DNA of 27,077 nucleotides from a virus. Taxonomy: Duplodnaviria; Heunggongvirae; Uroviricota; Caudoviricetes. Below, piece by piece: positions 10,479 to 18,787 of the stretch; within the stretch, counting starts at the first letter, position 1; each line of letters opens with the position of its first letter. The stretch is from positions 11,673 to 38,749 of IMG/VR virus record IMGVR_UViG_2833096052_000002. One strand, 5' to 3'. The notes under the pieces are model-generated. The model saw only the letters and a list, made by a program, of their open reading frames with translations, was not told where the DNA came from and searched no databases. A program made the position numbers and the translations under genes.

Positions 10479-11987
10479 TTAAAAATCAACTGGGACAGAA
10501 GTAAAACCAACTTCTTTCAGTATATTTCTACTCATATCATGCTCACATACAATCTGTATACTACTTGCAGCACCCTCACGGTTTTTACAAATGAATATAA
10601 GCTGATAATGTTTGCCTTCGTCCAGTTTGACAGGTATTTTTGATTTATTGTTTTTTCCATCAAATCTATATACCTTTAAAGCATTTTTCTCACCTGTATA
10701 CTCATCTTCAAATACATCTCTCAACATTAAACATGTACTCGCAGGATCGACAATACTTTTTGCCATACCAATATTATCTTGACTATAAAATCTCTGACGT
10801 GCTGAAGACTTTGCCAACTGGAATGTAATAGTTACATGAACTTCCAATCCACCTTCTTCTTTACACTTAATTGTGTCATAAATATCAACCATATTCTGTT
10901 GCATATCTAACCACATCTTATCGGAACGACTGCCTGAATCGGCTTTATATGTATCAAGAATGAAATACTTAACACCGAGGTTTGCATATTTCTTTAGAAC
11001 TTTTATGAATTTCTGAGTCTTATATCTTTTAAATGGAATAAGAGTAAGCATGTTATTCTCAGATTTTTCAACAATCCAATCCGCACATTTCTTTAACAAA
11101 TCTTTTGTCTCATCTGAATATTTACCATCTCTTACAACAAACTTCTGTAAGTCTTGTTTGTAGATATTATTTGCAACCCATACAAGTAATTCTCTCTGCC
11201 ACTTACGAATTCCTTCTTCGTTTACAGCTATGACAAGCCTTTCCCCATATTTAATCGTGCTTGGGATTAACATTGATCTTGTTAATGTGGTTTTACCCAT
11301 ATTAGATAATCCACCAATCAGTGTTATATTGCCAGGTAACTGACCACCAGTTTCCTTGTTGAGAATATCCATATTATTATAAGGAAGACCAACTGCAATA
11401 CCTGCATCTAACTCATCAATTAAATCATAAATGCCATCAGCCAATGAATATGACTGTACATCATCATCTGCATTGATGAAAATATGATTTAACATTGCTT
11501 CATATTCTTCATATATTTCATCTAAAGACATATCACAGAATTCATTGATACGATTATTTACAGGAAATCCATTTTTTAACATCTCCAAAACTGTTTTCCA
11601 CTTGTATAACTCTTTGACATATCCATCCATATTGTTGATGTTTACATACTCTTTGGCTTTATCAATAGTTTCATATCCACCATAATCCTCATATTCCTTT
11701 TTGAGTTTTTGATGTTTTTCAAGATATAAACCAACAGTCATATCATCCAATACTGATTTCTTTTCTACTACAATAATGTCATTTGCAATCTGCCAATAGA
11801 CTCGCCATGTATTTTCACTAAAATCTTCAAGCTGCAATGTATAATCAAAAATTAATTCTGGTTGTTTATATAAAATAGCAACTATATTAGCTTCTGCTAT
11901 TATCTTGTATTCTCGAATCTGTTTTGCACATTTTAATACTTCTTCCTGATAAGGAGTTAATTTTTTATTCTCTTTTTTCTCAGCCAA
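10479..11987 (-). CDS. dnaB: Replicative DnaB-like helicase
   Basis: Walker A GGLSNMGKTT, Walker B FILDTYK, TFQL, and ICKNREG (arginine finger region). Confidence 0.9.
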   Translation of the reverse strand: MAEKKENKKLTPYQEEVLKCAKQIREYKIIAEANIVAILYKQPELIFDYTLQLEDFSENTWRVYWQIANDIIVVEKKSVLDDMTVGLYLEKHQKLKKEYEDYGGYETIDKAKEYVNINNMDGYVKELYKWKTVLEMLKNGFPVNNRINEFCDMSLDEIYEEYEAMLNHIFINADDDVQSYSLADGIYDLIDELDAGIAVGLPYNNMDILNKETGGQLPGNITLIGGLSNMGKTTLTRSMLIPSTIKYGERLVIAVNEEGIRKWQRELLVWVANNIYKQDLQKFVVRDGKYSDETKDLLKKCADWIVEKSENNMLTLIPFKRYKTQKFIKVLKKYANLGVKYFILDTYKADSGSRSDKMWLDMQQNMVDIYDTIKCKEEGGLEVHVTITFQLAKSSARQRFYSQDNIGMAKSIVDPASTCLMLRDVFEDEYTGEKNALKVYRFDGKNNKSKIPVKLDEGKHYQLIFICKNREGAASSIQIVCEHDMSRNILKEVGFTSVPVDF

Positions 11988-11998
11988 TTAGTACCTCC

Positions 11999-12457
11999 TC
12001 AAAACAGTTTCTTCATTCTGTCACTTGTCTCTTTAGTCTTTTTTACATATCCAGCATTCTCATTACTCTGATTATTGAAGTCTTTAGATTCAACTCTTTC
12101 CTCAGTCTTTTTAACATTCTGTAATCTTAAATACACATCGTTGATTTCAGGCTCAATCATTTTTATAATAAGATTGATTTTATGTTTTTCATCTTTGATT
12201 TTCTTTTCATTTTCATGCAAATATGTAACAATTTTTCTCTTACATAACTTAAAAGTACATAAAATTGTGTAATCATCATAATTAGCTTTTGCTTCATGAT
12301 TATTATTCGCTATATGTTCGCCACGTTTAATACCTTGTAGCTTTAATGCGAGATACTGTGGAAATTTCATATTATCATCGTATTCAAGAATCTCTTTCTT
12401 TACATATTCACATAGTTCAATCCACTGCTCGTTATCTTTCTTTTTTATATTTCTCAT
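11999..12457 (-). CDS. Hypothetical protein upstream of DnaB (possible helicase partner)
   Basis: ORF with SD AAGGA. The function is suggested by position only. Confidence 0.75.
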   Translation of the reverse strand: MRNIKKKDNEQWIELCEYVKKEILEYDDNMKFPQYLALKLQGIKRGEHIANNNHEAKANYDDYTILCTFKLCKRKIVTYLHENEKKIKDEKHKINLIIKMIEPEINDVYLRLQNVKKTEERVESKDFNNQSNENAGYVKKTKETSDRMKKLF

Positions 12458-12477
12458 TTACCAAATCATCCTTTCTT

Positions 12478-12509
12478 AAAAACTCCAACAGGAAATTAAC
12501 CTGTCGGAG
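12478..12509 (-). terminator. Intrinsic terminator after the AAA ATPase gene
   Basis: On the minus strand CTCCGACAGG-TTAATTT-CCTGTTGGAG forms a 10-bp stem with one G-U pair, followed by TTTTT. Confidence 0.8.
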
Positions 12510-12520
12510 CATAATTTTAA

Positions 12521-13504
12521 TTAGGCTAACTGTAACTTGGCAAAATCAATTAACTCTGTAAGAGTATCTGGTAACTGAAGCTCAAGATTTTTTAATGATA
12601 CATTCTTTTCTTTCATTAGCTTATTAACAGCAAGAAGTGCATCCTTATTATCTTTTAGAGACTTTAAAACCTCCTTAAACTCAGTAGCAAGTTCTTCAGC
12701 TTTATCAGCCTTGTCTTCCATAGATTCTGTAGAAGCTTTAATATCATTCTTGTATGAAGTCTGATTTGTCTCTAATTTACTTCTTCCTTCAAAATAATCC
12801 TTCCAAATATCATAACAAGGATTCTCAATAATATCTCCACGCTTAGTTACTTTTGTTCTATCCTTTAACACCTTGGCATAATAATGTGTTCCATCTGCTT
12901 CTTCTTTCGTAAAGAATTCCAGAACTGTATCATAATCGAATCCAACACTCTTATGCATATCTGGCTTGATTCCAATAATTTTTTCACCAGAATCATCTCT
13001 CTTATCTGTTCCCTGTGCAACAGAAATAATGTGAATTCCTCTTGTTGATAAATCAATTTTTAGCTGCTGTAATTTTAAATTGAGAATTTTGATACGTCCC
13101 CATGAACGCTGACTAATGTTTGCATCGTCAACATTACCACCTTTCTTTCTTGCTCTCTTCTCTTCAACTTCTTGTGCACCAACCTGCATTGTTCCATAAA
13201 ATTTTGTTTCTGAATCAATACTCAAAGTTTCAATCTTTTTATCATATTCGCCATCAAGAAAATCATCTAAGTCAGACTCTAATTCATCTAAATCGGATGT
13301 ATTATCAACTAGGATGAGATTGTTATATGTATTACCATTATTAAGCGTAATGTCTCTTCCCTCATAATGTGCAACACCTGCCTCCGAGTCAATACATGCT
13401 ACCTTTGGAAATGTAAGCTGAAACGTTGACTTTCCTGATCCTGATTCACCATATACTAAAAATTTTCCACCAATTTTTGCTGCCTTTGCATCTCTAAACG
13501 ACAT
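12521..13504 (-). CDS. AAA_24 / Sak4-like ATPase (putative ssDNA-annealing recombinase)
   Basis: YGESGSGKST Walker A, IDSE, SIDSET, and YDYD/FDYD-type motif; adjacent to an SSB-like gene. Confidence 0.8.
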   Translation of the reverse strand: MSFRDAKAAKIGGKFLVYGESGSGKSTFQLTFPKVACIDSEAGVAHYEGRDITLNNGNTYNNLILVDNTSDLDELESDLDDFLDGEYDKKIETLSIDSETKFYGTMQVGAQEVEEKRARKKGGNVDDANISQRSWGRIKILNLKLQQLKIDLSTRGIHIISVAQGTDKRDDSGEKIIGIKPDMHKSVGFDYDTVLEFFTKEEADGTHYYAKVLKDRTKVTKRGDIIENPCYDIWKDYFEGRSKLETNQTSYKNDIKASTESMEDKADKAEELATEFKEVLKSLKDNKDALLAVNKLMKEKNVSLKNLELQLPDTLTELIDFAKLQLA

Positions 13505-13551
13505 TTTTTTATCCTCCTAAAATTTCATAAATTATATTCTTTTGATAAACT

Positions 13552-13591
13552 GCTTACCCTGTTTATTTAATACAGGGTAAGCGTATTTTTT
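13552..13591. terminator. Perfect 11-bp hairpin between the SSB-like and AAA genes, possibly a bidirectional terminator
   Basis: GCTTACCCTGT (13552-13562) pairs with ACAGGGTAAGC (13572-13582). The T-run is on the plus side; only a weak AGTTT follows on the minus side. Confidence 0.65.
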
Positions 13592-14783
13592 AGTTCATGC
13601 CTTCAAGCATTGCAAGAAGGTCATCATCTTCTGACGAAGTTTCCTCGCTCTCTGAATCTGTATCATCATCTGAACTTGGTTCTGCACCAGCATCAAGTAA
13701 TGCCTGCTCGTAGAAATAAAGGTCATCCTCATCATATTTGCCATCTTCAAATGCTACAGTAGGCTTTCTATCGTCACCAGTTCCAACATATGTAATGTCA
13801 GGCTTTACAACAATCATTCTTCTCTCACGACTGCCATTACCCACTGCAATCTTCTTCTCTGCCTCCTCTTCTGAATACAGTCCCATTTCAATAAGTTCTT
13901 TAATATCATCAGGAATATCATCTTCTGTAATATTTACAGTAGAACCGCCCTCTACTAAATTACCTGTAACTGTAATCTCAGTAATCTTGCCCTTCTTAGG
14001 CTTAAAAAATTTCTGAAGCATCTTAGCTGTAATCTCTGGATTCTCATTGATAGCAACTTCAAATGTCTTAGGGTATGTAACATTCTTCTTAACTTCAATC
14101 TTCTCTCCGTCAATCTTAGGCTTTCCAACATAGTCAACAACATATGCTGCCAGTTCCATAGTACCCTTATCATCATTTTTCTTTCCAATACTCTTAGAAT
14201 CTACAAGGATTGTCTGTGAGAATGTAGCCTTGAAATCTGCTTCATCATCAACCTTTGAAAGAACAATAGATGTAATTTCCTTCTTTGTAGATACATTCCC
14301 TTCGTACTCGCTATAACCCATTGTTCCCTTTACGTTCACAATCATTCCGTCTTCAAGATGCTCATTGAGATATTCAACTGCGTCATAAGCTGTAAGGAAC
14401 TTCTTATATACAGTCTTATCCTTAACATCCTTCTCAACACCAACTGTTAAGAAAGAAGAATCTGAAATACTGTCATATAAAGACTCATCAAGACGATCTT
14501 CCCATGCAATCTCTACTGACTTACTCTTTCCTGAATCATCCTTTTCATCCTTGCTATACGCACGAATGACATTATCCTTATCAGGGAAGAAACCACTTCG
14601 CATCTCTGCATAAACCACATTACCATTGCCACAATCAACACCAACATACATACTATTATCTGTCCAACCAGAATCATAACTGTTGTCAAGATTGAATGTC
14701 TTGTCTGTTACTTTTACACGTCCAATAAGATTAAATGCTGCCTTACCTTTCTTTAACGCTTTTCTTTCCTTTGTCTTTGCCAA
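13590..14783 (-). CDS. Putative phage single-stranded DNA-binding protein (397 aa)
   Basis: Beta-rich body, very acidic tail ending DDDLLAMLEGMN, first gene of the replication block, SD AGGAGG plus TTG. The family is inferred from context. Confidence 0.6.
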   Translation of the reverse strand: MAKTKERKALKKGKAAFNLIGRVKVTDKTFNLDNSYDSGWTDNSMYVGVDCGNGNVVYAEMRSGFFPDKDNVIRAYSKDEKDDSGKSKSVEIAWEDRLDESLYDSISDSSFLTVGVEKDVKDKTVYKKFLTAYDAVEYLNEHLEDGMIVNVKGTMGYSEYEGNVSTKKEITSIVLSKVDDEADFKATFSQTILVDSKSIGKKNDDKGTMELAAYVVDYVGKPKIDGEKIEVKKNVTYPKTFEVAINENPEITAKMLQKFFKPKKGKITEITVTGNLVEGGSTVNITEDDIPDDIKELIEMGLYSEEEAEKKIAVGNGSRERRMIVVKPDITYVGTGDDRKPTVAFEDGKYDEDDLYFYEQALLDAGAEPSSDDDTDSESEETSSEDDDLLAMLEGMN

Positions 14784-14998
14784 ATTACTTGTCCTCCTTA
14801 AAATTAAAAAATTTATGTAAATATTGTTAATAAAACAATCTATCTAAACGCCCAAAAAAGGACGGAACATAGAAGTTAATTTATGTAAAATCTATCTTCA
14901 ACAGTGATTTTTGAGTGCAATAACCCAAGGGTATGCTGCTAACCACCCATATTTTTATTCTCTGTTCAGTTATTTGTTTTTGGAATTGTTTGACTTGA

Positions 14999-15301
14999 TT
15001 AAGTCGGATCAACTATTCGATATGCCAATCTTTTATCTGTAAAGATTTCTTCTCCATTATCTTTTAATCTTGTGATATTACAAGACAAATGCATTTCATC
15101 ATATTTCAGATTTGAAATTCTACAATTAGATTGGATGCTGTTACCTTTCATAACTTTTGATTTGAAGAAAACTGCTTTACCATCATAATTCTTATGTGCT
15201 TTACAATATTCGTCCCAACTGTCTGCCTCAACCACTCTTGATTGATGATCTCTAATGATATTATTTTCATCAATGATTAGATTTGTTTCAATTACTTCTA
15301 T
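14999..15301 (-). CDS. Hypothetical protein
   Basis: ORF. The GTG at 15310 lies inside the SD (GAGGTG), so the start is probably ATA at 15301. Confidence 0.7.
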   Translation of the reverse strand: MEVIETNLIIDENNIIRDHQSRVVEADSWDEYCKAHKNYDGKAVFFKSKVMKGNSIQSNCRISNLKYDEMHLSCNITRLKDNGEEIFTDKRLAYRIVDPT

Positions 15302-15315
15302 GTGTCTCACCTCAC

Positions 15316-15933
15316 TTATATATTCTCCAAACTATCTAAAAACTGTTGCATCCACAAATTCTTTTCAGCAGTTCGTTTCAAATCTTCCTGCCATCGTCTG
15401 TATGCTCTTTCAACATCTTTTTCACAAGACTCGTTGATGTCATTCATATAAGCATAAACTGCTTTGTCACTAATATCTAATTCCTTGTTCAAATCATCTT
15501 CCAAGTATTTATAGTAAGATGTGTTCATAGATATATCTATTTGCTCTAATGCAAACTTTTTCAATCCTTCATGTTCATCTGTTGGTGGATTCCACTTTAC
15601 AACTTCGTCTCTAACCTTCTTGTATTTTTCATCCTCTGTTTTATAATTATCCAAACATTTCTTATCAGAAGCGATTCTATCATTGTAACTTTTAATCATT
15701 TCCTGTTTTGCTTTATCAAAAGTCATCTGTCTGTACTTATTACGAACCTCAACAGCTTTATCATATTCTTTCTTGTAATAAGAATTTGGTTCAAAATATG
15801 TTGGAGTTGGTACTGATAATGATTCATCTCTCATGTCCATAGCAATACCAAAATTCCTCGTACAAAGCTTTAAGAAATCTTTTCCTGTTGTAATATCTCC
15901 ATTTTCTATATATGCTGTATAACCTGTTGGCAC
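15316..15933 (-). CDS. Hypothetical phage protein (MPTGYT...)
   Basis: SD GGAGGTG followed 6 nt later by GTG at 15933; helical, charged sequence. Confidence 0.8.
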   Translation of the reverse strand: MPTGYTAYIENGDITTGKDFLKLCTRNFGIAMDMRDESLSVPTPTYFEPNSYYKKEYDKAVEVRNKYRQMTFDKAKQEMIKSYNDRIASDKKCLDNYKTEDEKYKKVRDEVVKWNPPTDEHEGLKKFALEQIDISMNTSYYKYLEDDLNKELDISDKAVYAYMNDINESCEKDVERAYRRWQEDLKRTAEKNLWMQQFLDSLENI

Positions 15934-15957
15934 TTTTCTCACCTCCTAACAACCAAT

Positions 15958-15971
15958 GAAACAGTGATTTA
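15958..15971. repeat. KAAA-N6-TTTM palindrome (GAAA CAGTGA TTTA)
   Basis: Intergenic. Confidence 0.65.
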
Positions 15972-16005
15972 TTATTTAATTAATAACATACTATAATGTT
16001 TCATC

Positions 16006-16377
16006 CTAACATCTATAAATGTCTTTCATGTAGTAGAATTTATGATGCTCGAGGAAGTTACCAACATAGGCACATTCTAAACATTGCTGCCATTTAGCGG
16101 ATTTTGTATAAAAATGGTTTATAGGATATGGGCATTTCCATTTTTCAGAATGACAAAGTGGGCAGACATACTGTACCATTTTTATCAGGTCATGTTTCTC
16201 TTCGATTCTTTTATCCAAGATTTCAACAATATCTCGTTCATATAACCAGTCGAATCCAAATCTTTCTTTATATTCAGCAGGATCAATTATTACCCGATGC
16301 GGCATCTTATCAATGTATTTATTCATTTCTTCAATATTTTGTTTAAATCCTATAAATTTATTTTTAAACTGCTTCAT
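16006..16377 (-). CDS. Hypothetical protein with a C-terminal Zn-ribbon
   Basis: CPLC...CLEC cysteine pairs. Confidence 0.7.
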   Translation of the reverse strand: MKQFKNKFIGFKQNIEEMNKYIDKMPHRVIIDPAEYKERFGFDWLYERDIVEILDKRIEEKHDLIKMVQYVCPLCHSEKWKCPYPINHFYTKSAKWQQCLECAYVGNFLEHHKFYYMKDIYRC

Positions 16378-16381
16378 TTAC

Positions 16382-16708
16382 TTATTCTCTCTTATCATCT
16401 AGCTCTTTTAATACTTCCGTTATTTTCAAAACTTCTTCATTAATACATTCATTCAATTCCTTTTGATATTTCTCAATACTTTTCTTATGTTTTTCCAATA
16501 TCATTGAAATCACTAGATTTACCTCATCTTCTGATAATATATTCTCCGTATTTGAGCATTTTGAATGAATAAATAATTTTGCCGATGAATCAGTATCATT
16601 GTTATAAGATTTAATGTTCTCAATAATATTTTTTGCATTACTGCTTATTGAATCAATACTACTAATACAACAACGGCAAGCGTTATATGTTCGATTATCC
16701 ATATCCAC
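16382..16708 (-). CDS. Hypothetical coiled-coil protein
   Basis: ORF with SD AGAGGTG. Confidence 0.7.
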   Translation of the reverse strand: MDMDNRTYNACRCCISSIDSISSNAKNIIENIKSYNNDTDSSAKLFIHSKCSNTENILSEDEVNLVISMILEKHKKSIEKYQKELNECINEEVLKITEVLKELDDKRE

Positions 16709-16760
16709 CTCTTACTTATTTCTATTCGATTTTCATTTTTATTGGGAATTGTTTGGTTGA

Positions 16761-17066
16761 TTAACCAATAAGATAAAGCATTCCGATTATATAATGTAAT
16801 GTCTGGTCTGTAGTATATGTAATCTTATTCCATCTTGCTTTCAACGGATCAATAATCAGATGTGAAATAAAGATTACTGCCAACTGCCATGTCCAACCGA
16901 ATGCTATTAAGAATGGAACACAATATAATGCACAATGTACAAATAAATGATACCAATTCTTTCCTTTTGTCTGTGCAATAAAATCACATTGCAACACATA
17001 ATCACCAATTAAATGACACAACACAATCAATACAATTGTGTGTAAATTTAAATTCACTATACTCAC
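16761..17066 (-). CDS. DUF3307-like membrane protein
   Basis: HLIGDYVLQ...HLFVH...HLIID...DQTLH pattern with hydrophobic helices. Confidence 0.8.
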   Translation of the reverse strand: MSIVNLNLHTIVLIVLCHLIGDYVLQCDFIAQTKGKNWYHLFVHCALYCVPFLIAFGWTWQLAVIFISHLIIDPLKARWNKITYTTDQTLHYIIGMLYLIG

Positions 17067-17113
17067 ATCCTCACCCCCTAACTATATATTCTCTGTTTTC
17101 TTTCTTCTCATTA

Positions 17114-17227
17114 CTAATTCAAACTCTGTGCTAGGATATGAAATCTGATTTTCTTTTCAGAAATTGATTTCTTTTTTGTCTCAATCTGTTTCTTTAATTC
17201 TAAAATTCTGTCATCGTTTTTACTCAT
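17114..17227 (-). pseudogene. 37-aa ORF, probably the truncated N-terminus of a longer gene
   Basis: The ATG overlaps the TGA of the upstream gene. Translation: MSKNDDRILELKKQIETKKKSISEKKIRF then HILAQSLN-stop. Below the ORF-track size cut-off. Confidence 0.55.
17140..17153. repeat. KAAA-N6-TTTM palindrome (GAAA TCTGAT TTTC)
   Basis: Lies at the apparent truncation point of the 37-aa ORF. Confidence 0.6.
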
Positions 17228-18364
17228 TTAATTTCGTACTCCTTTTTATATTCTCTGCCATTTGCTAAATATTTTTGAATATACATCGGCTTCATCACTT
17301 CAAAAATCTTTTCTAACGTAACTGGAATCATATGCTTTTCTTCTATGTCTTTATATGGATAACGGTTTGATTTAACCATTTTAGATGTAGTCGGAAAAAT
17401 ATCGGTTACTTCAACATATTCTGTATAAGAACCCCAATAAGTATTATTTGATATGTTCTCCTTTTGACGAACAATAAATAGATCTTTACCTTTTTCTATT
17501 GGCTGAACATCAAACTCATATTTACGACCATTGTAATATTCGCTTATAAAATTCCCTCTTCTCCAATAGTCTGTGTTTGGCGTTTCCTTAAATTCATCAA
17601 AGGTGAAATATTTATATTCATTTTTTGAACTGTCGTATGGAGAATACTCACAGTTTCTTTCTAAATTATTGTAGATATTTGCATATTTTTCACTGCATTT
17701 GTTATCAATACATTTGATAAATTTATTCTTTGGTAAAGATTTATAATGTTCAAAAATACCATTATGCCAAAACCAAAAATGTTTACCTTTATTTGTTCCT
17801 TCCCAATAGTCAAAAGCTTCAAATTTACCCATATAAATCCAATTCTCATTATCTTTTGTGAGATATGTAGCACCGATAATTAAATCTTTTGCTTTAATGG
17901 TTTCATTATTATGGATAATTTTATTAAACTCACTAATCTGCTTATAGTCAGGTGACTCAACTGGCATAAGAACTAAATCCTTACCATCCCATCCATATAT
18001 AAATTCTCCCTCAAGTCCCTTACCCTTGATACAATTCGCATTTTCGAGAATGTATAATAAATTTTCAATGGTAATTTCAAACTCAAATCCTCTTGGATCA
18101 TATACTCTACAATAAGCATGTCTGTGATCCCATCCTGTAGAGTAATCGCCAGCTTTCTTATTCAATACAAATCCTTCTGTTGGGACATTATCAAATTCAT
18201 CATTCGGAATATCCTTGTCTCGCCAACCATTCCATGATGCTTCTTTTCGTAGCTTGCCTTTTTTCGTCATAGTAAATGACATAGGCAAGTTTTCCTGTAT
18301 AAGTTCCTGAACGATTTTGATATCCAACATTTATCGTTTTAGGAATAAAAATGTTACTGTTCAA
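17224..18364 (-). CDS. Hypothetical phage protein split by a +1 frameshift at 18259-18264
   Basis: TTG at 18364 behind SD AAGGAG gives MNSNIFIPKTINVGYQNRSGTYTGKLAYVIYYDEK. Deleting one A from the A6 run continues into GKLRKEASWNGWRD of the 368-aa ORF. Confidence 0.8.
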
Positions 18365-18465
18365 TCTATTACCTTCTCCTTTCTTTGCGTAAACATTATG
18401 TATACAATCTATTAACATATAGTAACTATCTGATTGATTACTCTTTCAGAATACTTCATACTCAT

Positions 18466-18741
18466 TTATTCTCTGTTCTTAGAATCCCATTTAACAAAAT
18501 CTTCTAAATCATATTCGCCAGATTCTTCTTCCTTAATCTCAGGAACAAATACGTTATAATTACCTTCGTTACGATCATGTTCAATAATTTGTTTCAACAT
18601 TTCGTACATATTTGTAATTCCTAACTGATATGCTCTCTTCTCGCCTTCAGTCATTCCGTCACAAATTCCATCATTTTTGCTTTCTAATAGATCCTTATAT
18701 TTTTCTAAGCTTTCTACGATTAATAAAAATTCTTCATTCAT
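18466..18741 (-). CDS. Hypothetical acidic protein
   Basis: ORF with SD AAGGAG. Confidence 0.75.
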   Translation of the reverse strand: MNEEFLLIVESLEKYKDLLESKNDGICDGMTEGEKRAYQLGITNMYEMLKQIIEHDRNEGNYNVFVPEIKEEESGEYDLEDFVKWDSKNRE

Positions 18742-18764
18742 TTATATATTCTCCTTTCATTCCA

Positions 18765-18784
18765 CAAGAAACGAATCTTTCTTG
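18765..18784. repeat. Extended palindrome CAAGAAA CGAATC TTTCTTG
   Basis: Perfect 7-bp arms directly after the stop of the PurA-like gene. Confidence 0.7.
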
Positions 18785-18787
18785 TCC

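Noticed and set aside
4253-11987. Inteins or introns in DnaE or DnaB
   Set aside because: Lengths and motif order are continuous, and no C/S...HN-C/S/T splice junction signature was seen.
14900-14950. tRNA-like start GGGTGGTTAGC on the minus strand
   Set aside because: No T-loop (TTCRA), no matching acceptor 3' strand and no cloverleaf.
1880-18264. A programmed frameshifting or phase-variation system linking the three broken genes
   Set aside because: The runs are short (4-6 nt), the required shifts differ in direction, no stimulatory structure was seen, and sequencing error or decay is more parsimonious without read data.
18412-18465. 17-codon mini-ORF MSMKYSERVINQIVTIC after the 18466 stop
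   Set aside because: Too short, no SD and no motif; it cannot be distinguished from chance.
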